DNA from: an uncultured archaeon
GTDB taxonomy: Archaea > Asgardarchaeota > Thorarchaeia > Thorarchaeales > Thorarchaeaceae
DNA length: 32,000 nucleotides
Assembly (NCBI GenBank): GCA_964648855.1
Contig: CAZYLT010000022.1
Coordinates: forward strand, 260 to 32,259
Direction of reading: 5' to 3'
In this document: in pieces, positions 7,489-16,331 of the stretch
Layout: every line of letters begins with the position of its first letter
Position numbering within the stretch: the stretch's first letter is position 1
Position numbers and translations under genes: made by a program
The notes under the pieces: model-generated
What the model saw: only the letters and a program-made list of their open reading frames with translations
Database searches by the model: none
Told to the model about the DNA's origin: nothing

Positions 7489-8148
7489 ATGGAGTCTCAC
7501 ACACAGGAGAACGAATTCGGAACAGAATCTCATTCAGCAAGGCTAGAGTCACCTAAGAAATACTTGGAATACGGACTATGTGGATCTATTTTCATGTTCG
7601 TTGGTTTTGTGGTTAGTCTATTCCTAGCGTATAGGGAAATATTGCTTCCTGAAGGTGGAATAATTCTGATACCAGTATCAAGTGGCTTGACCACTGTGTT
7701 CGCTGTCCTGTATAATGGTCTATTCTGGCAAGCTTTCAAAGCATTCAACGACAAATCCCCTAACAAGTACGCAACCATAGCCTCGGAGGGATTCTTGCTT
7801 CTGCTTGTCGTTGCTCTTCTGCAAATTGCCCTTGGTGTTATTGATCCAGTAATTGGGCTGTTTGTTGTCAATATAGCTCGTGTTTTCGTGTGGACGATAG
7901 TTGGACTCACTCTTTGGACCGCAGCCTCCAACTCGACACGGCCAATATTCTTTGAATTTGCAGCGTTCGTGATTCCAGTTGCGAGCATTCTTCATTTCAT
8001 CACAAACTCGATTCCACTACTAATGGAGGACAGGCATTTCTACACGGCTCTGTTTGGCACCTATTTGTATAACATCGGTGACTACGTCTTCATCGTAGCT
8101 GTATTCTTTCTAGTATTCTGGGTCAAGTACAGGGAATACCCACGCTAA
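7489..8148 (+). CDS. Polytopic membrane protein (about 6 TM), unknown function
   Basis: 219 aa with multiple hydrophobic helices. GGTGA SD at 7478-7482. Confidence 0.8.
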   Translation: MESHTQENEFGTESHSARLESPKKYLEYGLCGSIFMFVGFVVSLFLAYREILLPEGGIILIPVSSGLTTVFAVLYNGLFWQAFKAFNDKSPNKYATIASEGFLLLLVVALLQIALGVIDPVIGLFVVNIARVFVWTIVGLTLWTAASNSTRPIFFEFAAFVIPVASILHFITNSIPLLMEDRHFYTALFGTYLYNIGDYVFIVAVFFLVFWVKYREYPR

Positions 8149-8244
8149 CGACATATATTGCCAAGATTTGAGCTAACAGCTGGATAGTTATACAGTGTAG
8201 TTTAAAACTGATGTCCGACAACGAATTTACATTGGGGGTAAGCT

Positions 8245-9183
8245 GTGTTGCAGAAAGAACAACAATTGTTCGCATCTCGGTTCAAGAAGCGCATGGACGC
8301 GGCTTCACAGGAGCGAGTGCGGATTGTTATCAAAGAGCAATATAAGGACGCATTTGAGGTCTTGGAAGACTGCGAGAATGCAGGTCTAATTCCCGGAATT
8401 GTGGGTCCTCCTGGAGTTGGTAAGACTCTACTTCTACGTGCCTATGCGGAGAAGAGTAAGAGAAGTTTTCACTGGATTACGGGTGACGAAGGTGTGAGAC
8501 CATCTCATTTGATTGGCTCATTCAATCCTGCACTTGTATTGCAGAAGGGATTCAATCTCGAGTCATTTGAACCCGGACCGCTGCTGAAATCTATGGTCTT
8601 TGGCTCAGTCTTTGGTCTAAATGAGGCCAATCGATTGCCTGAATATGTTCAAAATTCTCTTCTGGAACCCTTCGAAGAGCGGTCAGCCAATGTCCAGCGG
8701 TTAGGCAGAATCCAGGCTGATGAGGACTTCTTCCCCGTACTTAGCATGAATCCTGAAGAGATGGCAGGCGCTCACAGGCTAAGCGAGGCGCTAAGAGACC
8801 GGATTAGAGTATGGATAAAGCTTGGCTATCCACGAAAGGCCACGGAAATCGAAATCGTGAAAGTGAACTGTCCGGAGTATAATTTATCAGATCATGTGCT
8901 GGGCCAGATTTACTCGCTTGTTTCGGCCACTCGGTCCTCAACTGATATTGAGATTCCCGCATCAATTCGAGCTGGTATTTCAATAGCCCGATTGAGTGCT
9001 GAGATGGCTAAGAGGCAAAAGATGAAGGAGATAGACCACAATACTCTCTCCACGGCTGCGCATTATGTCTTGGTAGGTGCACTTCGATTCAGACCTGGCG
9101 TAGATTCTGAACCGGCGGTGAACGCATTGGTGAGACGGGTGCTTGGAAGCAAGAGGAGCGCTGAGAGTGGCAAGTCAACCTAA
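8245..9183 (+). CDS. MoxR-family AAA+ ATPase
   Basis: Walker A GPPGVGKT, Walker B variant FGLNEANR, MNP sensor, LSEALRDR arginine finger, SIR lid motif. Confidence 0.92.
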   Translation: MLQKEQQLFASRFKKRMDAASQERVRIVIKEQYKDAFEVLEDCENAGLIPGIVGPPGVGKTLLLRAYAEKSKRSFHWITGDEGVRPSHLIGSFNPALVLQKGFNLESFEPGPLLKSMVFGSVFGLNEANRLPEYVQNSLLEPFEERSANVQRLGRIQADEDFFPVLSMNPEEMAGAHRLSEALRDRIRVWIKLGYPRKATEIEIVKVNCPEYNLSDHVLGQIYSLVSATRSSTDIEIPASIRAGISIARLSAEMAKRQKMKEIDHNTLSTAAHYVLVGALRFRPGVDSEPAVNALVRRVLGSKRSAESGKST

Positions 9184-11659
9184 AATCGAATCCACCATGG
9201 AGAATGTTCCTGAGTTCTCCCATGAGTTTGTGACTCGTATGCGTCGGTCTGAAGAGGTCAGACTTTATCCGAGTGTTCGCCAGACTCAGGCCATCCCGAA
9301 GTTTCTGTCCGCCCGATACTTCAAGAAAGGCGAGCTGTCTCTGGACGATTTTGTGGATGCCGCCGTGTTTACAACTCATCCACCGGATCAGAAGATTGCG
9401 CGTGAAATCGCTGAGGATATTCTCCTTGGGCGAGAGAAGCCAAAACCAGTGGCTGCCAAGGTCAAAAAGGAACAACCCAAAGCCACTGCTCCAAATGCCA
9501 GTCACATACAGTCCGTCATAGACCAAATAATTGCAGAACAAGAGCTTGCAGCGAAAATTCAACAAGATAAGGTCGAGGAGGGCTATGCCTATCTTCAAGA
9601 ATTGCGAGAGAAACAGAACAAACAGCTGCATTCTGCAGCTATGGACTACTTGAACGAGGGGGATGTCGTCTTGCAAGGCATATCCTCTGATTCTGAACTG
9701 AAGCAAAAAGCCTCAGACGAGCTAATGCAAGGCACAGGAAACCTAAGCCACAAAGACATCCTGAATGCAGAAGCACTAGACTCTCTAGATAGAGTTTGTG
9801 ATTCCTCTTTCGAGGCTGAACAAATAGCTGCACGAGCCTTGCGTGGAGACACTGATGTAGAAGACAGATTCTCTTCCCTTGCAGATCGTGATCCCTCCTC
9901 GGCAGCTCAGTCTCTAAGACTCATGGAAGAGCTCCAACGAATATCACAGGACATGCTCAAAGGCATGGATAAGGAGCTGCAAATGAGGCTCAAGAACCTC
10001 GACGAGGTTGCGGAATATTCATCGAAACTAGAGAGAAGTCCCGACTCATTACAACAACATGTGAAGTCTGCACACCAAGAATACTCACTGAGTGATGCAA
10101 TGGAAATGGCATCAAGTATTGAATCAGCTACTGTTGACAGAGTCGGTGATGATATAATGAAGTCATATGCAGACTCTTACGAGCAGGGTGCTCGAGACAA
10201 GGTTGATTTGCGTCAGCTTGCTGAGAATCATCGCAATACATCTAGTTGGAACAACCTCGTGGACAAGGTTACTGATGATATTGTGTCCAATGCTGATACT
10301 CGGTCTGCTCCTTCTGAATTTCTAAAACAGAAGATCAAAGAGATGATGAATCTCAAGAGTAACATTACCAGCCCACAATGTGGGTATAAATGGCAGAAAC
10401 GCATGCAGAAGCTTGCAGATGAAGTCATGGGCAGATCCCCTGACAGAACTCATCTACGACAGAGCGTAAGGCAATGTTCGTCAATGGGTGCACCGGCCTC
10501 TCAGGAAGCCGTTACTGAAGCCGGTAGACGGGTAGGAATGAGCGATACCGAAATTCAGGAACTGCTGAATCCATCTTTTGAGGTCATCAGGAAACTCATA
10601 CAAGCCGGAGTTGCGGATTTTAACAGGCTTGATAGTCTGGTATCTCAAGCAAGTCTGTCACACGAACAATTGAGAACCCTTGCTGATATGGCACATGAGA
10701 GGGGTAATCAAAACGCGTTAGGTGCAATAGGTCATCACAATTTGCAGGCGGCAATGGGGCAATCGGGACGAGGAATGCATGGCGTAAATCAAGAGAGAGC
10801 GAAGTCCGTATTTGGTGGTCTCATGGGTGGGCCGGCATCAAATGTGATTCGAATATGGTACTCATATCGGGACGAACTGCCTCCAGAGTTGCGACGGCGT
10901 CTAAAGAAAATCGCCAGCCAACTCCTCATTGACCTCGGGCTTAGATACTCACGACAGACTATGGGATCATCTATGCTAGGTGGGATTCAGGAATCGACCA
11001 CCGTTCGGCCGTTTCGCATCGGAGACGATATTGACCTTATCGACTTGGAAGAAACAATAGATTATTTGCTATCCTCTGGAAATACTAATTTTGGCTTTGT
11101 GAGCCCTGAGGATTTCCTGATTACTGAAACATACCAGGGGCACAGGGCATTTTACTGGGCTCTTGACAAATCAGGCTCAATGGACAGCCCTGAGAAACTT
11201 GGTATGTTGTCTATTTCCGTCATGGCCGGGCTATATGGAGTGCAAAAAGATGACTTCGGTGTTGTTCTCTTTGATAATGAAACCCATATTGTAAAAGAAA
11301 TCGCTGACAAATCCGTTTCAGTGAAGAAAGTAGCGGCAGACTTGCTTGAGGTTCGTGCTAGTGGAGGAACGGGAGGTCGACAATCGATGGAACTTGCTCT
11401 CCGGAATTTCGAAGATACGCGAGCAAAGGAGAAGGTATTCATCTTCAGTACTGATGCTTACCTCTCCGATCAATCAATCTGTGAGGATTTGGCATCCAAG
11501 TTCAAGCAACAAGGAATCGAAATGATTATTCTCGTTCCTCCGTCTTCGTACGATAGTCGAGCTGCTGAGAAACTAGCAGAGAAATCTCATGGCGCCGTCT
11601 TAGATATCGCATCTATCGAAGAACTGCCTGAAAGACTGCTTAAGCTGACTAACTATTAG
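9143..11659 (+). CDS. Large VWA-domain protein, MoxR partner (probable start ATG 9197)
   Basis: C-terminal MIDAS LDKSGSM, GGT, FSTD. Preceded by RPFRIGDD..IDLEETI (CoxE/ViaA-type motif). Follows the MoxR gene. Confidence 0.9.
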   Translation: MEARGALRVASQPKIESTMENVPEFSHEFVTRMRRSEEVRLYPSVRQTQAIPKFLSARYFKKGELSLDDFVDAAVFTTHPPDQKIAREIAEDILLGREKPKPVAAKVKKEQPKATAPNASHIQSVIDQIIAEQELAAKIQQDKVEEGYAYLQELREKQNKQLHSAAMDYLNEGDVVLQGISSDSELKQKASDELMQGTGNLSHKDILNAEALDSLDRVCDSSFEAEQIAARALRGDTDVEDRFSSLADRDPSSAAQSLRLMEELQRISQDMLKGMDKELQMRLKNLDEVAEYSSKLERSPDSLQQHVKSAHQEYSLSDAMEMASSIESATVDRVGDDIMKSYADSYEQGARDKVDLRQLAENHRNTSSWNNLVDKVTDDIVSNADTRSAPSEFLKQKIKEMMNLKSNITSPQCGYKWQKRMQKLADEVMGRSPDRTHLRQSVRQCSSMGAPASQEAVTEAGRRVGMSDTEIQELLNPSFEVIRKLIQAGVADFNRLDSLVSQASLSHEQLRTLADMAHERGNQNALGAIGHHNLQAAMGQSGRGMHGVNQERAKSVFGGLMGGPASNVIRIWYSYRDELPPELRRRLKKIASQLLIDLGLRYSRQTMGSSMLGGIQESTTVRPFRIGDDIDLIDLEETIDYLLSSGNTNFGFVSPEDFLITETYQGHRAFYWALDKSGSMDSPEKLGMLSISVMAGLYGVQKDDFGVVLFDNETHIVKEIADKSVSVKKVAADLLEVRASGGTGGRQSMELALRNFEDTRAKEKVFIFSTDAYLSDQSICEDLASKFKQQGIEMIILVPPSSYDSRAAEKLAEKSHGAVLDIASIEELPERLLKLTNY

Positions 11660-11663
11660 TTTC

Positions 11664-12395
11664 CTAGGGAGTAAAGCCAGTTTTTCCAGTCAATGATTTT
11701 TCGTGAGCTTCTGAAACCCAGAACTTGTAGGCGCAGGGATATTCATCACGCCCCAAGTCTAGGAATCTATGGGAAAAGAGCCCCCTTAAAAGGCGCATGT
11801 ATCTGTAGAAAGTGTCATCTTTGCTCACAACCTCTGCGATTGCATTAATCTGATAGCTCATGGCATTTGGTCTATCCCTTGAACGCCAATAGAATCCGAG
11901 CGTTACTCTAGGATCGTTTAGAATGTTAGAATACGTGGCATCCCCATACATCTCAACCGCTCCAATTCTGAACCTGTCGATTTTCTTATCATCAATGAAG
12001 AGGTCTCTGTAGAACTGAACTCTATCTTCAATGGACTCTTCAAAAGGCACGCCTTGGAAGCTGAGGATTTTGCCTTCTATATCGGCAATCCTTTTTTCAA
12101 GCTCAGCATCTGTGAGAGTCAACCGGATTATCTTTGTAGCGACATTGACAGGGTAAGGTCGATGTATGTCAAAAGTACAAACTGCAGGTTTCATTACTGT
12201 ATCTCTATAGACTGACCCAAGGTTTGTTGCTACAGGTTCATCACCAGCAAGAGCCGCTGCTATCTTCTTGTACAACGGATCAGGTATGGCATTCAATGGA
12301 TACGATAGAACGATATCTCCCCTCTCCACCTCTATTTTCCTTAGTTCTCGGTCTATGAATCTTACTCGAGTTTCTTCCCTCTGCATCCTCATCAC
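11664..12395 (-). CDS. Pyridoxamine-5'-phosphate oxidase-like (FMN split-barrel) protein, paralog 2
   Basis: GAVEMYGDATYSNILNDPRVTLGF...SYQINAIAEV matches the 'T.xN+.xNP.+.L.F' split-barrel motif. Confidence 0.75.
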   Translation of the reverse strand: MMRMQREETRVRFIDRELRKIEVERGDIVLSYPLNAIPDPLYKKIAAALAGDEPVATNLGSVYRDTVMKPAVCTFDIHRPYPVNVATKIIRLTLTDAELEKRIADIEGKILSFQGVPFEESIEDRVQFYRDLFIDDKKIDRFRIGAVEMYGDATYSNILNDPRVTLGFYWRSRDRPNAMSYQINAIAEVVSKDDTFYRYMRLLRGLFSHRFLDLGRDEYPCAYKFWVSEAHEKSLTGKTGFTP

Positions 12396-12457
12396 AATGC
12401 TTTCTATTTTCTCACTATGGAAGACAATATGGATTTATGACATAAATTACTTGCTGG

Positions 12458-13192
12458 TTAGTGGGAAAAACCGGTTGAGCTTGTTAGGCTCTTGTCTAAA
12501 ACCTCTGAGATCCACGTCTTGTAGGCACAGATGTATTCCTCATGCTCCAAGTCCAAGAAACGTCTAGAAAATAAGGACCGCATAACACGCATAAAGCGAT
12601 AAAATGGATCTCCTTGTGGGATAATTTCGACTAGGCAATTTATCTGAAATCCTAGAGACCTCCCAGTGGATGAGTCATACCAACTAAACGCGAGGGTACA
12701 CCTTGGATCCCTGCGCAGGTTATTATAAGTTCTCGAGCCAAACATTTCAGCGATACCCAATCGCATTCGGTCTATTTTCCTGTCGTCGATGAGTAATTCC
12801 TTGTACAGTTCTATTCTCTCGGAGATAGTTTCTTCAAAGGGTCTTCCTTGAAAGGTAAGCATCACACCTTCAATCTCGTTGATTCTCTTCTCAATCTGGT
12901 CGTCTGTGAGAGTCAGTCTAACAATCTTTGTAGCGGCATTTACACCAAAGGGAGTAAGTTGCTCATTTGAAATGACAGCAGGCTTGTAGACGCCATTCTT
13001 CACCATTTGGCTGTAAATATGCATCGGCGCCTCAGAACCATCAACTAAGGTAGCTAAGGCGTCATAGAGCGACTCCGGGACCGCATTCAAGGGGTAGTTG
13101 AGTTGGAGCTCGCCATAATCAAATTCGATTCTCCTAGAGTCCCGGTCAATGAATCTTATGATTCCTCTGTTCGGAGAATTCACCTGCATCAC
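12458..13192 (-). CDS. Pyridoxamine-5'-phosphate oxidase-like (FMN split-barrel) protein, paralog 1
   Basis: AEMFGSRTYNNLRRDPRCTLAF...GFQINCLVEI. Colinear full-length paralog of 11664..12395. Confidence 0.75.
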   Translation of the reverse strand: MMQVNSPNRGIIRFIDRDSRRIEFDYGELQLNYPLNAVPESLYDALATLVDGSEAPMHIYSQMVKNGVYKPAVISNEQLTPFGVNAATKIVRLTLTDDQIEKRINEIEGVMLTFQGRPFEETISERIELYKELLIDDRKIDRMRLGIAEMFGSRTYNNLRRDPRCTLAFSWYDSSTGRSLGFQINCLVEIIPQGDPFYRFMRVMRSLFSRRFLDLEHEEYICAYKTWISEVLDKSLTSSTGFSH

Positions 13193-13341
13193 CTGAGCTT
13201 TACGCTAACATCTGTACACAGTATTTTCCACACTATATCTCATTGTATTACGCGTACATTTCCCTCATTCTCTTTGCTCTACATAAAAGATAATCAAATA
13301 AAGGGCCTTGCGATTAGTGGATACTACTAGGTAGTGATACC

Positions 13342-13620
13342 ATGCTGGATGCCTATGAAGTGGACTCGGATGCTCAACTGGTGGATATAACCACCGAAAC
13401 AATCACACTAGACACTTCGAAAGTTATCGTGGTTATCGACCATGATAATAAGACCGTCTATCTGTGGAGGGGCAAAAAGGCTAGTCTCTTCAAGAAATTG
13501 ATGGGGACGCGCGTGGCTGCAAAACTCTCACACGAATACAAACACTATCGGATTCGACCTATTGCTGAGGATCAAGAGCCATCTGCATTCTTAGACCTCG
13601 TTGACGAGGTTCATCACTAG
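13342..13620 (+). CDS. Single-domain gelsolin/cofilin-fold protein (Asgard proto-gelsolin type)
   Basis: LDTSKVIVVID...VYLWRGKKAS...AAKL...IAEDQEPSAFL matches the gelsolin repeat consensus (L.s.dvf+lD...++.W.G..s....A..l.....eg.Ep..F). Confidence 0.85.
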   Translation: MLDAYEVDSDAQLVDITTETITLDTSKVIVVIDHDNKTVYLWRGKKASLFKKLMGTRVAAKLSHEYKHYRIRPIAEDQEPSAFLDLVDEVHH

Positions 13621-13705
13621 TTCTAGGTCATGACCGATATAGTGATGAGGAAGTAATCGCGATTATTCTCGGGTTAGAAAACTGAAGTTCAACCGCCGTG
13701 CCTAT

Positions 13706-13942
13706 TTGGTCAAGGTCAGGAATGTTCAGGCCGGGCTCAACACCCGAACCAAAATTCTAAAGCATTTGAATTTCAAGAGATGGACTTCAGCTGGTGAGAT
13801 TGCAGAGAAGATTGATGTCACCTATAATACCATTCTCTATCATCTGAAGAATATGCAGGCTGAAGGTACTGTAACAAAACAGAAAGACGGTCCTGGCTGG
13901 AAACTTATTCAGACAGGACAGACTGAGTTGACTGAATACTGA
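13706..13942 (+). CDS. Small winged-helix (ArsR/HTH_24-like) DNA-binding protein
   Basis: TRTKILKHL...SAGEIAEKIDVTYNTILYHLKNMQAEGTV. Confidence 0.85.
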   Translation: MVKVRNVQAGLNTRTKILKHLNFKRWTSAGEIAEKIDVTYNTILYHLKNMQAEGTVTKQKDGPGWKLIQTGQTELTEY

Positions 13943-13990
13943 ACACAATATAACTTGCATTATTTGTGTGAAAAGACTCTCAGGTTATCC

Positions 13991-14021
13991 GAAGCGTAAA
14001 TCCTATAGCGGGTTTCGCTTC
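13991..14021 (+). other. Intergenic stem-loop
   Basis: gaagcg-t-aaatcc / gggttt-cgcttc with loop tatagc, between the wHTH and SnoaL genes. Confidence 0.4.
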
Positions 14022-14041
14022 CAGTTAGTATTGCTGAACAG

Positions 14042-14452
14042 ATGATGAATGAAGATGAGCTATTTGAGTTCTGTGAAGAATGGTTGTCGACTTGGACGGG
14101 GAACCAGCCGGAAGAGTTGATTAGATTCTATTCGGAAGATGCCCTATACGTTGACCCTGCGCATCGAGAAGGACTCAAGGGACATGAGGATATTCTTCAA
14201 TATTTTGAGAGATTGTTAAGGGTCTATCAGGATTGGAGATGGAAGCCAATCGAGGTGTTTCCAATAAAAACTGGTGGAATTGTCAAATGGGAATGTGAGA
14301 TTCCTGTTGGTCAAGAGGTTCTGCACGAGGTTGGAATCGACATTGTTGAAATTGAAGATGGTAAGATAACACGCAATGAGGTCTATTTTGATAGAACACG
14401 CCTGCTCGCTGCGGTGGAGAGGAAGAAGCAGCTAGAGCGATTACGATTTTGA
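14042..14452 (+). CDS. NTF2-like / SnoaL-family protein
   Basis: WLSTW...LIRFYSEDALYVDP...GLKGHEDI...GIDIVEIEDGKITRNEVYFD. Confidence 0.9.
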   Translation: MMNEDELFEFCEEWLSTWTGNQPEELIRFYSEDALYVDPAHREGLKGHEDILQYFERLLRVYQDWRWKPIEVFPIKTGGIVKWECEIPVGQEVLHEVGIDIVEIEDGKITRNEVYFDRTRLLAAVERKKQLERLRF

Positions 14453-14459
14453 TACCATG

Positions 14460-15404
14460 TCAATCCAATTCATAAATAGCATCCGCATTTTTCCAATACA
14501 TTTTATCTAATACCCGTCTGGGCAGATCAAGTCCATTGATGTAAGTGCCTCCTTTGCCAACAGTATCCTGATCCACAAATGGCAAAGGCACACCCCGAGC
14601 ATCGGTCTCCCAGATCATTCTCTCAGTGTAGTGTCTACCTTCGTAGTAATCTTCGTTCATAGTTCTGGCAACACAATCGGTACCATAGAGTATTCTGTCC
14701 GAATGTTTGATTATAATTTCTCTGGCCTTCTCGGGGGCTTTGCCCAGCTCTCTCGCCATCCATCTAGCACTACTGGTGTCAACATGTAGGTTTGGATATT
14801 GGTCAAACATTCTGGCGAGATTGTCTAGACGATGGGGCTCTGCTTGAGCACCAAAATGCGCCTGTTGAAAGACTACGTTACTGCTCCTCTTCAGTCTGTT
14901 TTCAAACTGCTCTAGGTGTTCATCCTTTGTGCCATATTGATTGCTGTCTGAATATCGATTCTCAAAATAGGTATCAGGGTCTGCAATGTGAATCAGAAGT
15001 GGCAATTCATGTTCTGCAAGTGCATGAAATAATGGGTCAAAAATTGGGCTGTCTACTGAAGGGACCTTCTCTTTTTCTAGTCTATCAGACCAGAATGGTG
15101 CAAAGTGCATTTTTACCAGACTGTATCCATCTTCGCGAAGGTGAGCCACTTCTTTCATAGACGGTTCGGGTCCTTCAGTGAACAATCTCCATCCTGACAT
15201 GTATTTGGCAAATACGAACCGACCCGGATACATATCCTCATAGGCATCAATTTCATCCCCATGCACTATTAGGATGGATTTCTCTGTCCCATATTTTTTG
15301 CCTACTTCCACGAATAGCTTGAGCGCCTCCAGTTCGATTACATGTGCATGAGAGTCAAATATCGGCCCAGTATATTTGTAATCGATTCTCGGATATTTCA
15401 TCAA
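14460..15404 (-). CDS. Amidohydrolase_2-family metal-dependent hydrolase
   Basis: IFDSHAH, LLIHIAD, AHFG, VDTS, DRILYGTD, KMYWKNA motifs. Confidence 0.9.
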   Translation of the reverse strand: MMKYPRIDYKYTGPIFDSHAHVIELEALKLFVEVGKKYGTEKSILIVHGDEIDAYEDMYPGRFVFAKYMSGWRLFTEGPEPSMKEVAHLREDGYSLVKMHFAPFWSDRLEKEKVPSVDSPIFDPLFHALAEHELPLLIHIADPDTYFENRYSDSNQYGTKDEHLEQFENRLKRSSNVVFQQAHFGAQAEPHRLDNLARMFDQYPNLHVDTSSARWMARELGKAPEKAREIIIKHSDRILYGTDCVARTMNEDYYEGRHYTERMIWETDARGVPLPFVDQDTVGKGGTYINGLDLPRRVLDKMYWKNADAIYELD

Positions 15405-15543
15405 ACACCCCTGCCAGAATCTCCTTGAAAACTCTGTTCCTCGCGGTAAGGATAATATTCTGATTGATAACAGAAGACCTTTTTAGTCGAGTTCATTTGC
15501 TATAATCTAACCATTCGTGAATGGTTTGGGAGATATAACAATA

Positions 15544-16236
15544 ATGAAACGCGCGCTAAACGTGATTCTTGCAGTAGCAATTGTAACAATGTTCCTGGTT
15601 TCGCCGGTAGCTGCAGCAACCTCACAAGGATTGGAATGGGGTGTGGCTAGCGGTGATCGATTCGATTTCACTATGTCCAGTACTGATGAAGATGTTCCAA
15701 GTGAAGATATATACCTCAACATAACGGATATGCCTGCTCTGGCTATTCCTGACCCTCTTGATGATTGGAATGCCATTCCGGAGCCTGATATTGGGTTCTG
15801 GTGGGAAAATGGAACTAGCATGGGACTTTCAACACTGATATTCCTTGGCATATATTTCGTTGGTGCAAAATTCGCTTTACCTGTAGGTAATTTCACTCTT
15901 TTGCAGAGCTTGCTCGCACCAGAACTGACCGGTGAAGACATCACTTCTGCAGGCGGCCTTTGGACCGTAGAATGGAGCATGGATACCACAGCAACTGAAG
16001 AGGCTAAGATTACTGCTGCTTATTCAACATCGGACGGATTTCTTGCAGAGTACAAAATTGAGACATGGAGCACCCTAAATGATACACTCCTAGAGTCCAT
16101 TGAAGTGACAAGGGCGACAATTCCGGGCGGAGGCGTGGATGACATATTGCAGCTTCTAGAGGATAACATCCTCTACGTTGGTATAGGCGTTGCTGTGATT
16201 GTGATCATCGGTCTTGTTGTATGTAAACGTAAGTAG
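15544..16236 (+). CDS. Secreted, C-terminally membrane-anchored protein (Asgard cell-surface type), paralog 1
   Basis: Signal peptide MKRALNVILAVAIVTMFLVSPVAA. WGVASGDRFDF motif, acidic body, C-terminal TM + CKRK. Confidence 0.85.
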   Translation: MKRALNVILAVAIVTMFLVSPVAAATSQGLEWGVASGDRFDFTMSSTDEDVPSEDIYLNITDMPALAIPDPLDDWNAIPEPDIGFWWENGTSMGLSTLIFLGIYFVGAKFALPVGNFTLLQSLLAPELTGEDITSAGGLWTVEWSMDTTATEEAKITAAYSTSDGFLAEYKIETWSTLNDTLLESIEVTRATIPGGGVDDILQLLEDNILYVGIGVAVIVIIGLVVCKRK

Positions 16237-16245
16237 TTTTTAATT

Positions 16246-16280
16246 GAGGGGGAACTCCCCTCTTGAACTTTTTTTGTTTT
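16246..16280 (+). terminator. Hairpin + T-tract terminator
   Basis: GAGGGG-gaact-CCCCTC (16246-16262) followed by long T runs, 10 nt after the stop. Confidence 0.7.
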
Positions 16281-16331
16281 ATTTTGTCCGGAGTACTTTT
16301 TTGTGCAAAATATCTATCTTGTATTTGATAG

